A stretch of DNA of 64,000 nucleotides from Verrucomicrobiota bacterium (GCA_027622665.1 JAQBYT010000002.1:32001-96000); one strand, 5' to 3'. Counted from the first letter of the stretch, positions 8,577 through 18,835 are shown. Program-made: numbers and translations. The notes: generated by a model not told the origin, from the sequence alone.

Positions 8577-8834
8577 ATGAATGCAATCACTTACACTGCA
8601 GCAAGAGAAAATCTAGCATCCACGATGGATCAGGTTTGTCTCGATCGAGATCCTGTGATCATAACACGCAAGCGCGAGCAATCGGTCGTCATGATCTCGC
8701 TGGAAGACTACGAAGCACTTGAGGAAACCGCATACCTTCTACGCAGTCCTGCAAACGCGAAACGATTGATTGCCTCAATTGAAGCAGCCGAACAAGGAAA
8801 TGTAGTGGAAAAGGAAATCGAGCTCATCGAATGA
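8577..8834 (+). CDS. yefM: Phd/YefM antitoxin
   Basis: YTAARENLA..PVIITR..ETAYLLRSPANAKRL. Confidence 0.92.
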   Translation: MNAITYTAARENLASTMDQVCLDRDPVIITRKREQSVVMISLEDYEALEETAYLLRSPANAKRLIASIEAAEQGNVVEKEIELIE

Positions 8835-9088
8835 ATTTCACATTCACTCCACAAGCTTGGGAGGATTACCAATTTTGGCAAAAGACTGATAAGAAAATAC
8901 TGAAAAGGATTCATTTACTGATTCAGGATATCCTGCGATCACCACAGGAAGGCATCGGCAAACCAGAGTCATTGAAACATAACCTAAGCGGATACTGGTC
9001 ACGACGTATCACGGAAGAACACAGAATCGTTTATAAGCAATTCGAGCACGGGATCACATTCGTCCAGATGCGATACCACTATAAATAA
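8831..9088 (+). CDS. yoeB: Txe/YoeB toxin
   Basis: AWEDY..W, GIGKPE.LK..LSGYWSRRITEEHR, RYHY. Confidence 0.92.
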   Translation: MNFTFTPQAWEDYQFWQKTDKKILKRIHLLIQDILRSPQEGIGKPESLKHNLSGYWSRRITEEHRIVYKQFEHGITFVQMRYHYK

Positions 9089-9131
9089 TTGAGTCGAAGC
9101 AAGCGGAGTTTGCAACGGCTAGCATCGCGCC

Positions 9132-9161
9132 AAATAGTACTTGTAAGCCTTGCAAGTGGAT
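9132..9161 (+). repeat. 30-bp palindrome-containing direct repeat, copy 2
   Basis: AAATAGTACTTGTAAGCCTTGCAAGTGGAT; truncates an attC-like remnant at 9092-9131. Confidence 0.85.
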
Positions 9162-9198
9162 CCCTCTTTCTTTAATAAAGGGACAAGTTACCCAACCT

Positions 9199-9705
9199 GT
9201 GGTCGAAATGGAACCTAGATGGAAATATATTCTAATCACTGCGGCGTTTGTCAGCGTAGCGTTAGCCGTGCTTTACCCCATTCGCGGGTTTTTTCCGCCA
9301 TTCTACTACGAACAGTACAACGCCTTTAAAGACAGGCTGGAGACGATCGAAGACTTGCAGATTCGAGATTCTTGGCAACACAAGGATATCCGTCTGGAAG
9401 ACTGCGGATTCGATGTTGAAATCGATGACCGAAACGCCTCTTTGACGTTCACAGATCACCAAGACTGGGTTGCCCTGTTTTCCAAAATCGACGGAATCCG
9501 CATCTCAATGAAAGATCATCAACGTTTGGTTACTTGCAAAGAAATGAAATCCGCCGGCATGGAAATCGATGGCCTCCGGGACGTCCTTGAGAATCTTGGC
9601 TCAGTCATTGAATTTTGTTCGAATCAAAAGAACCCCATCCTTGTGCCCGATGCGGAATACGATTACTGGGATCACTTGAACTATGCTCAAATCCAATTCC
9701 AGTAA
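9199..9705 (+). CDS. Hypothetical protein with N-terminal TM helix
   Basis: 168 aa ORF, hydrophobic N-terminus. Confidence 0.55.
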   Translation: MVEMEPRWKYILITAAFVSVALAVLYPIRGFFPPFYYEQYNAFKDRLETIEDLQIRDSWQHKDIRLEDCGFDVEIDDRNASLTFTDHQDWVALFSKIDGIRISMKDHQRLVTCKEMKSAGMEIDGLRDVLENLGSVIEFCSNQKNPILVPDAEYDYWDHLNYAQIQFQ

Positions 9706-9848
9706 TGTCGCCTTCGGTAGATGCGAAGGATCCTCAGCCCATTGCGCCGAAACGGCCCCCACCGGCTTCTTCATCGGGAAAGACAACCCTAGGTAGAAAT
9801 TGTCCGCCATTGCCAGGATAAGATAGAGTGCAAAAAGGAGTCGAGCTC

Positions 9849-10430
9849 CTAGGTAAGTATAAACTTCTCTAAATGACAGGACAATTTGTTCAAGGACCGG
9901 CAGCCATCGGCCGTCACAAGAACGTCATCTTCCAGGCGCACCCCGGCAAACCCTTTGATATACACACCTGGCTCGACTGTCATTATCATGTGCTTTCTAA
10001 GCACGGTATGATCCGTTTGATTGAAACGGACCGCTTCGTGAACTTCCATTCCGATGGCATGGCCGAGGCCATGGCGAAACTCTTCCTTGTACCCCCCCTG
10101 CATAATATGCTCGCGGGCTACCTTATCAATGGAAGATGCCTGGCGGCGTGGCTTGATCGCCTTGATCGCCAAGGAATGAGCCTCTTTGACCAAATGATAG
10201 ATATCCCTTAGTCGAGGATCAATTTTCCTGCCGGTAAATACAACGCGGGTAACGTCGCTGCAATAGCCGTCCACCAAGGCCCCGATGGTGAAGCGCGGTA
10301 GGCGATCGGCAACGGCTTCAGCGATTTGGGCGTCGATGGAGGCGAGCCGGAGTTGGCAGGCGATGAGGTCGGGCCGGTTCCTGAGCAGGTCGGAGGGGAT
10401 ACCTGAGGCGAGACCTGTCGGAGGTTTTAT
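9849..10430 (-). pseudogene. In-frame fusion remnant: TolC/OEP fragment + Xaa-Pro (M24) peptidase C-terminal half
   Basis: GIPSDLLRNRPDL..A.ADRLPRF joins GYCSDVTR...HGLGHAIGMEVHE...TVEPGVY...RLEDDV; no start codon for the fused frame. Confidence 0.75.
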
Positions 10431-11081
10431 TCATTGCGCGTAGGGGCAATAAAACTGGCTTCATGGTTAGGGTCTGATGGATGGATGAATGCGATGGGAG
10501 GTCAGGCTTTACGGAACCTCGATTTTGACCGCCAACATGATTAATAGCGAGAGAAAGTATTTTATCTAGGGGATCAAAGACATCAAGCTAGTTTTTTTCG
10601 AATAGAGATTGCCTACGAGGTCGCGGATCTGCCTCTTATTTAAGTGAGCCTTTTATGTCGAAAAAAAACCTCTCCGAACAGCACCGTGACGTCGTCAAGG
10701 AATTGAGCGCCCGTTTCGACAAATGTCGATCAGCGATGGATCCAACTGCTGAGTAACCGGGGACTGGCAAAATGACATCTACTATGAAACACTCTGCATT
10801 CATCTACCGTGCTAATTCCAAGGAGTTAACAGGAACGAAATGAAACTAATCCATGAAACCTCTCTCTCTATTCCGAACAAGTTTACTTATGTTGGCCGCC
10901 TTCGGTGAAGATCATACGAGAGGGAAGAAGCTTTCCGGGCAAACCCCGGAAAAACGATCCTGTTGAAGAATGGAAGAAGGTCGAAGGATGGGCGGATTTT
11001 TAACCCGAGATCATTGGAATTATCGTAATAAAGTAGCCGTAATAAAGTAGCCGTTTTCTAGGAACTGAGCTTATTTAAGTT

Positions 11082-12410
11082 ATGATGAATCGCAGAGAGA
11101 TGATACAAGGAATGGCGACCGGCATTGGCTTAAGCCTGCTTCCCGGTGACGCCCAGGCAGCAAACAAGCCGGCAACCAAACCAATAATTAAGACAACCGT
11201 CGGCCCCAAGCGTATTGTTTTCTTTCTTCAAAACCATGGCTTCGACCCATTGACCTGCATTCCGAAAGGACTCAATGAAAGCTGTGCCCTAGACGGTGTG
11301 ACCCTTGAAGAACCCATGCAGGCCTTGGAGCCTTACAAGGACAGAATGCATGTCGTCACAGGTTTGCATGGGCGCCATACGAGCCCCGGGCACAGTGCTT
11401 ATTTCGGGGCCCTTGGCGGCTATCGTGGTAGTCAAGGTGTCCCGCCGGCTGGCCCCACCATTGATTACGCACTGAGCCAGTCCCTGCCCAAGACGATCCT
11501 TCCTCCGTTGTGCATCGGCATGGAATCAATTGAGAATATGAAAGCGCGACCAACCGTCGCCACTCTTACTGCTTCAGGGCCGAAGCAGCCGATCTTCATG
11601 CATTGCGACCCCAACATGCTGTACCGGATGCTCTTCGGCAGTATCGCCGACGGAGATATCAAGAAGCACTACCAAGCTCGTTCAAATGTCATGCTTGATG
11701 TCGAGCGTGTGGCAAATCTCAAAGCGAAAGGATTGCCTCAGAGCGAAAGTGCACGCTACGCGAATTATGTAAACGGATTTCGGGACATAAATGGATTGCG
11801 AGAGAAACTCTCCAAGATATCGGCGCAACTCAAGAAGCATGCGCCGAAACCTGATAAGCGGTACACCCAACCAAAATTCGAAACGGACTGGCACGACGCC
11901 CTATTGGAGATAGGTATCGCGGCTCTACAGGCAAACCTGACCAATGTCCTAACGATTGGCTCCGGATGCGGCGAGTATTTCGGCACCTGGAAAGGACTGG
12001 GGATTCCAAATGGCGGCCACGGTCTCGGTCATGTGGATCAACCCGACAATCCTATCTGGATAAAGATCCGTCAGTACAACTGCCAGATGCTGGTCAAGCT
12101 CATGAAATCCCTCGAAGCCATCCCCGAAGGGTCGGGCTCCATGATGGATAACACGTTGATCGTATACACCAGCAACAATGCGGACAAGCAACACACCGAC
12201 GGTTCAAACTGGCCGTTCGTGCTCCTTGGGGACGGCGGTGGACGCTTTAAGACTGGTCAACATACCCACATGAAAGAACGCCCGATCAACGACCTTTACA
12301 CCACCTTCCTTCACGGTGTTGGTTCGCCAGTTAACCGCTTCAATATGGATAAGGGCCTGGCCAAACTCCACCACAGCAAGGTGGGCCCGATCGAAGAACT
12401 GCTGGTTTAG
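11082..12410 (+). CDS. DUF1552 family protein with Tat-type leader
   Basis: NRRE twin-arginine leader; [18 protein letters not shown]...NWP.VLLG. Confidence 0.85.
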   Translation: MMNRREMIQGMATGIGLSLLPGDAQAANKPATKPIIKTTVGPKRIVFFLQNHGFDPLTCIPKGLNESCALDGVTLEEPMQALEPYKDRMHVVTGLHGRHTSPGHSAYFGALGGYRGSQGVPPAGPTIDYALSQSLPKTILPPLCIGMESIENMKARPTVATLTASGPKQPIFMHCDPNMLYRMLFGSIADGDIKKHYQARSNVMLDVERVANLKAKGLPQSESARYANYVNGFRDINGLREKLSKISAQLKKHAPKPDKRYTQPKFETDWHDALLEIGIAALQANLTNVLTIGSGCGEYFGTWKGLGIPNGGHGLGHVDQPDNPIWIKIRQYNCQMLVKLMKSLEAIPEGSGSMMDNTLIVYTSNNADKQHTDGSNWPFVLLGDGGGRFKTGQHTHMKERPINDLYTTFLHGVGSPVNRFNMDKGLAKLHHSKVGPIEELLV

Positions 12411-12411
12411 C

Positions 12412-14859
12412 ATGCCTCATTACAGATCAATTTGTTGCGTTGTTTTATTCACCGTTTTGCTTTCTCCGTCGGCACGCGCTGGCGAGGCAACCTTCAAAAA
12501 ACTGGCCAAGCCTTTTCTTGAAAACTATTGCCTGGATTGTCATGACGTTGAGACGCAGAAAGGGAAAGTTTCCCTGGAAAATCTCAGCGATGTCACAGCA
12601 GCAAATGCCAGCATGTGGAAACGGGTATGGGAACAGGTCGCCTTAAAAGAAATGCCGCCCAGGAAGAAAAAGAACCAGCCGAAACCGATGCAGCGCCTGG
12701 AAATTTCCAAGTGGATTACGGATGGACTGGCCACTGCGCTGAAAGATAAAGGTGGCTACAGCGATCACCTTCGCCCGATCAAGGGCAACCATATTGATCA
12801 TGACCTTCTTTTTGGCGCCAATCACAAAAACCTCGAACCCGCATCCACATTAGCACGCATCTGGCGCATTCATCCCCAGGAACATCTGGTCCGTCTGAAT
12901 GATCTCATTACCCCCAAACGAAAATATGATCCAATGCGTCCAGGGCTGTGGACCCACGGGGATCATATCCCGCTGAATCTGGAAGGTCAGACCAGAGTCT
13001 ATTTCGGTTTGGATCGCTATATTGGCAGCGCCCAAGAGTATCTAGCTTACGTCAATGGCGTAGGCAGTTTTCAGTCTATGCTGTCGATGCTCACCGACCA
13101 TGGCCTGCGTAATTATCCCTTCCTTTACTCAGTCAACAGTTCAGAGGCGATGCAGATTTCCGGCGTCGCAGAAAAAATATTACGCTTCATGGCCTACGGC
13201 CCGAATGCAGAGCCCTACCAGTTTGTTGATCCACCCTTTAATATGAATGAAATCCCCGGGCAATATAGAAATCTGCATGTCATTTTCTATGGCAAAGAAA
13301 TCAAACGTCCGTTGACCCCGATGTATGAGTTGATGAAAACACCTGGGGTTAGCGACAAACGCCTTAGCACCGTCATTAATTTTATATTTGAAGCTCTGAC
13401 GCTGCGCCCGCCCAGTGCAGAAGAGACCGCTATTTATCTGGAGATTGTCAATAAGTCCATCAAGGAGCTCGGAAAGGAGGACGGGGTTTTCCTGGGTCTG
13501 ACCCCGATCTTCCTTGATCGCGACGCGCTCTTTCGCCCGGAACTTTGTGAGACTGGAAAACCCGACAAGTATGGACGTGTCATGCTGGGCGGAGACGAGC
13601 TGGCGCTAGCGATCAACGCGGCCTTCTCGTATGTCTTCCCGGAAACAGATCATCTGAGAACGGCGCTGGCCGAGGGACAACTGAAAACACGCCAAGACGT
13701 CAAACGGGAAGTCACCCGCATATTAAATGACGACAGCATCAGAAAACCCCGCGTACTGCAGTTCTTCAGAGAATATTTCGATTACGATCGCGCCGGCAGT
13801 ATCTGCAAGGATGAAAAGGCCCTTACAAAAAGCGGGGGTCATTTTGGTACGTACTACTCCGCCATGAACAGCATGATCGCCAATACCGATCGGCTGATAG
13901 AATTAATTTTGCACGAAGATGAAAATGTGTTGAAGGAATTATTGACCACTGACCGTGTGGTCTATCAGCCCTACACGTCTGGGCAGAATTTCAGGCATGG
14001 CATCTTGTTTCAAACCGATATCGCTTACTTCCTTGTCAGGGGCAAAAAATATATTCCCTTCAAGAAATATGAGGAAATAAAACCTACAAAAAACAATAAG
14101 CTAGTGATCGAAAGGGCGAAAAGACTAGTGCACGATCAGAACAAGCTCCATCATATATTCCCGAATCCCGTCAAGCCGATCTATGTGCGTCAGTCACAAT
14201 TCGACAGAGGGAGAGCCCCGCCTGCCAAAAATGCATTAAAGGCAATCACCACCGTCGACCCCAACGAGCGCCTCGGCATTCTCACGCATCCCGTTTGGCT
14301 GGCCTCTCACTCGGATGCGATGGACAACCATGCTATTTTGCGTGGGCGCTGGATCCGGGAACGTCTCTTGGGTGATGCCGTGCCAGATATCCCTATCACG
14401 GTTGATGCCATGTTGCCGGATGAGCCCAAGTCCACCCTTCGTCACCGGATGCGCGTCACCCGCGAGAAGGAATGCTGGCGATGCCATCAGAAAATGGATC
14501 CCCTCGGTCTGCCCTTTGAAATGTATAATCAGTTGGGAATTCTTCGTGATAAGGAGCAAGGCAAACCGGTTGACACCAGTGGAGAGATTATTCTCAGCGG
14601 CGATCCCGCTTTAGATGGCCCTGTTACAAACGCCATTGATATGATCAAAAAACTGGCGGCGAGTAAGCGGGTGGAGGAAGTATTCGTTCGACACGTCTTC
14701 CGTTTCTGGATGGGACGCAATGAAACGATCAACGACGCGCCGGTCCTCCAAGATGCTTACAGTGCTTATAAGAACAACGGGGGTAGCATGAAAGCGCTCC
14801 TCACCTCGTTGTTGACGTCCGACGCGTTTCTTTATCGGACCGTCGCACGGTCACGCTGA
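12412..14859 (+). CDS. PSD-domain (DUF1588/1592/1585-type) protein with two CxxCH motifs
   Basis: Signal peptide; CLDCH..EMPP; GILTHP.WL, RG.WIRERLL, CWRCHQKMDPLG. Confidence 0.85.
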   Translation: MPHYRSICCVVLFTVLLSPSARAGEATFKKLAKPFLENYCLDCHDVETQKGKVSLENLSDVTAANASMWKRVWEQVALKEMPPRKKKNQPKPMQRLEISKWITDGLATALKDKGGYSDHLRPIKGNHIDHDLLFGANHKNLEPASTLARIWRIHPQEHLVRLNDLITPKRKYDPMRPGLWTHGDHIPLNLEGQTRVYFGLDRYIGSAQEYLAYVNGVGSFQSMLSMLTDHGLRNYPFLYSVNSSEAMQISGVAEKILRFMAYGPNAEPYQFVDPPFNMNEIPGQYRNLHVIFYGKEIKRPLTPMYELMKTPGVSDKRLSTVINFIFEALTLRPPSAEETAIYLEIVNKSIKELGKEDGVFLGLTPIFLDRDALFRPELCETGKPDKYGRVMLGGDELALAINAAFSYVFPETDHLRTALAEGQLKTRQDVKREVTRILNDDSIRKPRVLQFFREYFDYDRAGSICKDEKALTKSGGHFGTYYSAMNSMIANTDRLIELILHEDENVLKELLTTDRVVYQPYTSGQNFRHGILFQTDIAYFLVRGKKYIPFKKYEEIKPTKNNKLVIERAKRLVHDQNKLHHIFPNPVKPIYVRQSQFDRGRAPPAKNALKAITTVDPNERLGILTHPVWLASHSDAMDNHAILRGRWIRERLLGDAVPDIPITVDAMLPDEPKSTLRHRMRVTREKECWRCHQKMDPLGLPFEMYNQLGILRDKEQGKPVDTSGEIILSGDPALDGPVTNAIDMIKKLAASKRVEEVFVRHVFRFWMGRNETINDAPVLQDAYSAYKNNGGSMKALLTSLLTSDAFLYRTVARSR

Positions 14860-14955
14860 ATCAAATTTCCTATTGCAAGATAATTGACCTGACTCTGACC
14901 TGACCTCTAATCGGATGTGCGACAAAATCCAAATTTCTAGCAATAAGGATTATAG

Positions 14956-16524
14956 ATGAAACAGAATTCATATCTCATCCCACGTCGAACTTTTCTAAGA
15001 GGCGCTGGAGTGTCCATGGCGCTGCCTCTTCTCGACATCATGTCCCCCGCGATCAGCTACGCCATGCCGAAAGCCACTCCGGTAAGATTGTGTGTATTGT
15101 ACAAGGGATGCGGCGTTAATCCACATGCTTGGGACATTGTCGGAGGGACCGAAACGAAATTTGAACTGTCGAAAATCCTACAGCCGCTGGCGCCCGTTCA
15201 AAATGACATTCTGGTCGTAGGCAATCTGGACAACCAGGGAGAGTCTTCCCATATGGATGCGCCGGGAGCATTCATGAGTGCCGCAAAGCATAAGGATGAG
15301 AACCGATATTCATTTGATCAGAGGATCGCCGATCAGATTGGAAGTCAGACGCCCATGCAGTCGATGCAATTGACTGCAGACAACGTTTGGAAGCAGCATC
15401 CCTGGCTAAACATTCTGTCGTACGACAAAACCAATCAGCCCATGCGCGGCCAACATGATCCTCGGACTGCTTTCGACATGTTGTTCAACGATGGGGCCAA
15501 GGCGGCCCGCCAAAAAGAATTGGGCAGCGTACTGGATGGGGTAAAAGACGCCTCCTCGTCCTTGTCCAGAAAAGTCAGCATGCACGACAAGCAGGTTCTG
15601 CAGCAGTACTACGATTCGTTGCGGGATGTTGAAAAAAGCATCCAAATGGCCCGGGTCAACGGGCAGGTTGCGGCCACGGACAAGAAGCTGGCCGAAATCG
15701 ACCCCAGTCTGGACGTGGGCAATCTGGGCGAAAGAATCAAAGCCATGCTGGATTTGATCACACTTGCTTTTTGGACCGATTCGACGCGCGTCGCGTCATG
15801 CATGCTCGCCAATACCAACAGTCGCATCCATTACGACTTCATGGGTGTGAATGCTGAATTTCACTATGTTTCGCATCATGTTCGGAACCGAAAGGTTTTG
15901 CCTGCCTACGACAAAATCAATATCTGGCACACCGCACAACTGCGATATTTGATCGAGAAGATGAAAACGTTGGAGGACGGCAGCGGGACTTTGTTTGACA
16001 ACTCCCTGATCTTGTGGGGCTCGGGGATCAAACATGGTGACTATCACTCGCTGACGGACCTGCCGGTTGTCCTAGCCGGCGGTGGCGGGGGACAAGTGAA
16101 ATTGGGTCGGCATGTCCGCTATCCCGAGGCACGTCCCTTTGGCAACCTACTGCTCACCCTCATGCAAATCATGGGTGCGCAGACCGATGGCATTGGCGAT
16201 GCCACGGATCATCTCCCGGGCATTACGGAGATGGCCAATTTCAAGCCCACCAACCCAGATGATGGCAGTTGGAATATCACAGAAAGTGACGCCAAAACCC
16301 TCACGGCGAAGGGCTTGTTGCGAATCAGCATTAAAGGTGAAAAAGAATACTACCTGTTGCGCCTTTCAGACAAGAGCGACGTTGAAATCCGGATTCCTTT
16401 CATGAGCAACCACAAGTTGCAATTCGATCGGAACGTCGGAAAAGTTGTGACCGTGACGGGGTCATATAAGGTCATCAACGGGAAGAAAACAATCGTTTCT
16501 CTCAACACGGCCAATCCAGAATAG
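14956..16524 (+). CDS. DUF1552 family protein with C-terminal extension
   Basis: RRTFLRGAGV.MALPLL Tat leader; GTLFDNSLILWGSG..GD.H...LPVVLAGGG. Confidence 0.88.
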   Translation: MKQNSYLIPRRTFLRGAGVSMALPLLDIMSPAISYAMPKATPVRLCVLYKGCGVNPHAWDIVGGTETKFELSKILQPLAPVQNDILVVGNLDNQGESSHMDAPGAFMSAAKHKDENRYSFDQRIADQIGSQTPMQSMQLTADNVWKQHPWLNILSYDKTNQPMRGQHDPRTAFDMLFNDGAKAARQKELGSVLDGVKDASSSLSRKVSMHDKQVLQQYYDSLRDVEKSIQMARVNGQVAATDKKLAEIDPSLDVGNLGERIKAMLDLITLAFWTDSTRVASCMLANTNSRIHYDFMGVNAEFHYVSHHVRNRKVLPAYDKINIWHTAQLRYLIEKMKTLEDGSGTLFDNSLILWGSGIKHGDYHSLTDLPVVLAGGGGGQVKLGRHVRYPEARPFGNLLLTLMQIMGAQTDGIGDATDHLPGITEMANFKPTNPDDGSWNITESDAKTLTAKGLLRISIKGEKEYYLLRLSDKSDVEIRIPFMSNHKLQFDRNVGKVVTVTGSYKVINGKKTIVSLNTANPE

Positions 16525-16527
16525 CCC

Positions 16528-18528
16528 ATGATGAAAATACGGTGCTCAGGTCCAGCCGCATTTATGGCATGCGCTCTTGCGCTTGCCATGGGTACACGGC
16601 CGAGTCACGCTGCGGCCGTTGAGTTTACGGTCGCTGCCGAGGTGATTGACGACCGGTGCATGTCGTGCCACGACAGTGATACCAAAAAGGGTGGGATCGA
16701 TTTGACGCCACTGCTTCAGGAAGCCAATGGGGCCTACGGTCAATACACCAAGCTGTGGATCAAACTTGAGCACGCGGTGGCCGGTGGCGAAATGCCCCCC
16801 AAAAAGAAGAAGCCGCTGGAGCCCTTCGAAAAACATGCCCTCCAGCAATGGTTTCACCAATCCTTTGTTTTGCGCGATGGAATGCCGCACATCGGGCCAA
16901 CGCCCCTGCGGCGTTTGACGCGATACGAGTTTGAAAACACACTGGAAGATGTTTTGTCAATCAAGCTCAAGATGCCGTATCGGGATGTCATCGCAGGCAG
17001 TCTTGATGTGTCCAAAATCGAATCCATCGTGCCCTCGGATATTCCCGGGGAATCAGGATTCGACAACGATGCGCATCGCTTGGAAAAACTCAAGCCGCCG
17101 CTCCACGAGATTGCCAATGCGGTGAACTACGCGTTGGTGGAATTCCGCAAAGATGCGGCGGCAAAGAAAGCCGTCATGGGTCGGGCGGAGGTCCCTAAAA
17201 ATGCCAGTGCTGCTGAGATGAAACAGATCATCTCAAGATTTGTATTGCGTGCATATCGTGGCAATGGCGAAAGATTACCGGACTATACGACGGCCTATTA
17301 CGACCTGTATCAAAAGCATGTTCTGGTCTCAAAAGACAGCAGTGCGAGTCTCATGCATGTTTTTGAAATAATCTTGGTGTCACCGGAATTTCTGTACCGT
17401 TTCGAGCACAGCAAGAGTCAGAGCACGCCTTACCCGGTCACGGGTGTGGAGTTGGCGACTCGGCTGTCCTATTTTTTGTGGTCGACCGCGCCCGATCAAG
17501 AGCTTCTGGAGCTTGGCACGGACGAGAGCCTGCTCAGAGACGACGTGCTGAAGGCGCAAGTGGCCAGAATGTTGAATTCCCCTAAGCGGATTACTCTTTC
17601 CGAAAATTTTGTGGGGCAATGGCTTGGCTTTGGTGATCTATTGTCGAACAGTGAGTACTTCCTGAACGAAAGATGGAACCGGGAAACTTACGATGAAATC
17701 CTGTTTTTCTCCGATGAGATGATTCGATCGAATAGAAGTGTCTTGGAAATGGTTCAAAGCGATTGGGTGTACAAAAGATCATCAGCTTTAGAGTCGAAAC
17801 AGCATGGCTACCAGAAGATAGATCCCAAATCATTGACCAGGCAGTATGCGAACATCTTTTCGAGCAGGCAAAGCAAGAGCATGAACAAGGAGACGCGCTA
17901 TGCCCCGCCCGTCATCGTCAGAAGAAATAGGGATTGGGAAGGTGGCATCATCACCAGTGCGGCCATCATGCGCCTGACGGCCTCGAAAACCCGCACCAGC
18001 CCCATTCGGCGTGGCGTTTGGGTGTTGAATACCCTGATCGGAAGAACCATGGAGGCACCGGAGGACGTGCCTTCGCTAGAAGACGCGCGCCAGGCGCTGA
18101 AAATTAAGGAGAATCCTTCCGTCGCCGAGGTGATCAAACAGCACGTTTCCAAGGCGGCATGTGTTTCCTGTCACAAAGAAATTGATCCGCTGGGACTGGG
18201 TCTCGAGAACTTTGCTCCAAACGGCGGATGGCGGACACAATATCCGGACAAGGCGCCTGTTGTTTCATCGGGCGTGATGCCCAATGGGAAATCGTTTGAG
18301 ACTCCGCTGGAGATGAAGGCGCTGTTGCTGGAATTGTACAAGGATGACATTGCACAAAACTACGCGAAACAAATGTTTTCCTATGCCTTAGGCCGGAAGT
18401 TAGAGCCCTTTGACCGAGTGTCCTTGGAGCAAATTGTTAGCAAGGTCAAGCAAAGCGGTTACAAGACTAACACGGTCATAGAGCAAATTGTCTTGTCGAA
18501 ACAGTTCAGGTACAGGCAGGATCGCTGA
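16528..18528 (+). CDS. PSD-domain (DUF1587/1595/1592/1588/1585) protein with two CxxCH motifs
   Basis: CMSCH, RRLTRYEFENT, ELATRLSYFLWS, SPIRRGVWV, CVSCH. Confidence 0.88.
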   Translation: MMKIRCSGPAAFMACALALAMGTRPSHAAAVEFTVAAEVIDDRCMSCHDSDTKKGGIDLTPLLQEANGAYGQYTKLWIKLEHAVAGGEMPPKKKKPLEPFEKHALQQWFHQSFVLRDGMPHIGPTPLRRLTRYEFENTLEDVLSIKLKMPYRDVIAGSLDVSKIESIVPSDIPGESGFDNDAHRLEKLKPPLHEIANAVNYALVEFRKDAAAKKAVMGRAEVPKNASAAEMKQIISRFVLRAYRGNGERLPDYTTAYYDLYQKHVLVSKDSSASLMHVFEIILVSPEFLYRFEHSKSQSTPYPVTGVELATRLSYFLWSTAPDQELLELGTDESLLRDDVLKAQVARMLNSPKRITLSENFVGQWLGFGDLLSNSEYFLNERWNRETYDEILFFSDEMIRSNRSVLEMVQSDWVYKRSSALESKQHGYQKIDPKSLTRQYANIFSSRQSKSMNKETRYAPPVIVRRNRDWEGGIITSAAIMRLTASKTRTSPIRRGVWVLNTLIGRTMEAPEDVPSLEDARQALKIKENPSVAEVIKQHVSKAACVSCHKEIDPLGLGLENFAPNGGWRTQYPDKAPVVSSGVMPNGKSFETPLEMKALLLELYKDDIAQNYAKQMFSYALGRKLEPFDRVSLEQIVSKVKQSGYKTNTVIEQIVLSKQFRYRQDR

Positions 18529-18693
18529 TGGCCTCGGGTCACGACTTGCCTACTCCAACCGGATGACAATCCTCTTTCTCCCCCACTCGCGGATATCAAC
18601 TAGGCCATGGCGAAGCAGTACGCGGCTGATCCTGCCGTTCGCCTCACGTACGACGGTGAGGGGTTTGGCCACCAGGGCGCGATCCTGATGGCG

Positions 18694-18835
18694 GAAACGC
18701 TGATGCGTGCAATGGGGCTTGACTCGCTGATCACTTCCAGACTTCGAAAGGTGTGGATTGCCCCGTAGTGTCCGAATATTCGAATCATCTCCAATCAGGC
18801 GGCGTCCCGGTGGTAGTAGCGCAACAATCCGCCCA
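18694..18835 (+). repeat. 142-bp direct repeat, copy 1 (gene fragment + IS end)
   Basis: 5 mismatches versus 29825-29966; the minus strand encodes GGLLRYYHRDAA*. Confidence 0.9.

Noticed and set aside
667..9131. CRISPR array or simple terminators as the explanation for the intergenic hairpins
   Set aside because: The repeats are non-identical, separated by whole genes, bounded by AAC/GTT-type boxes and lack U-tracts.
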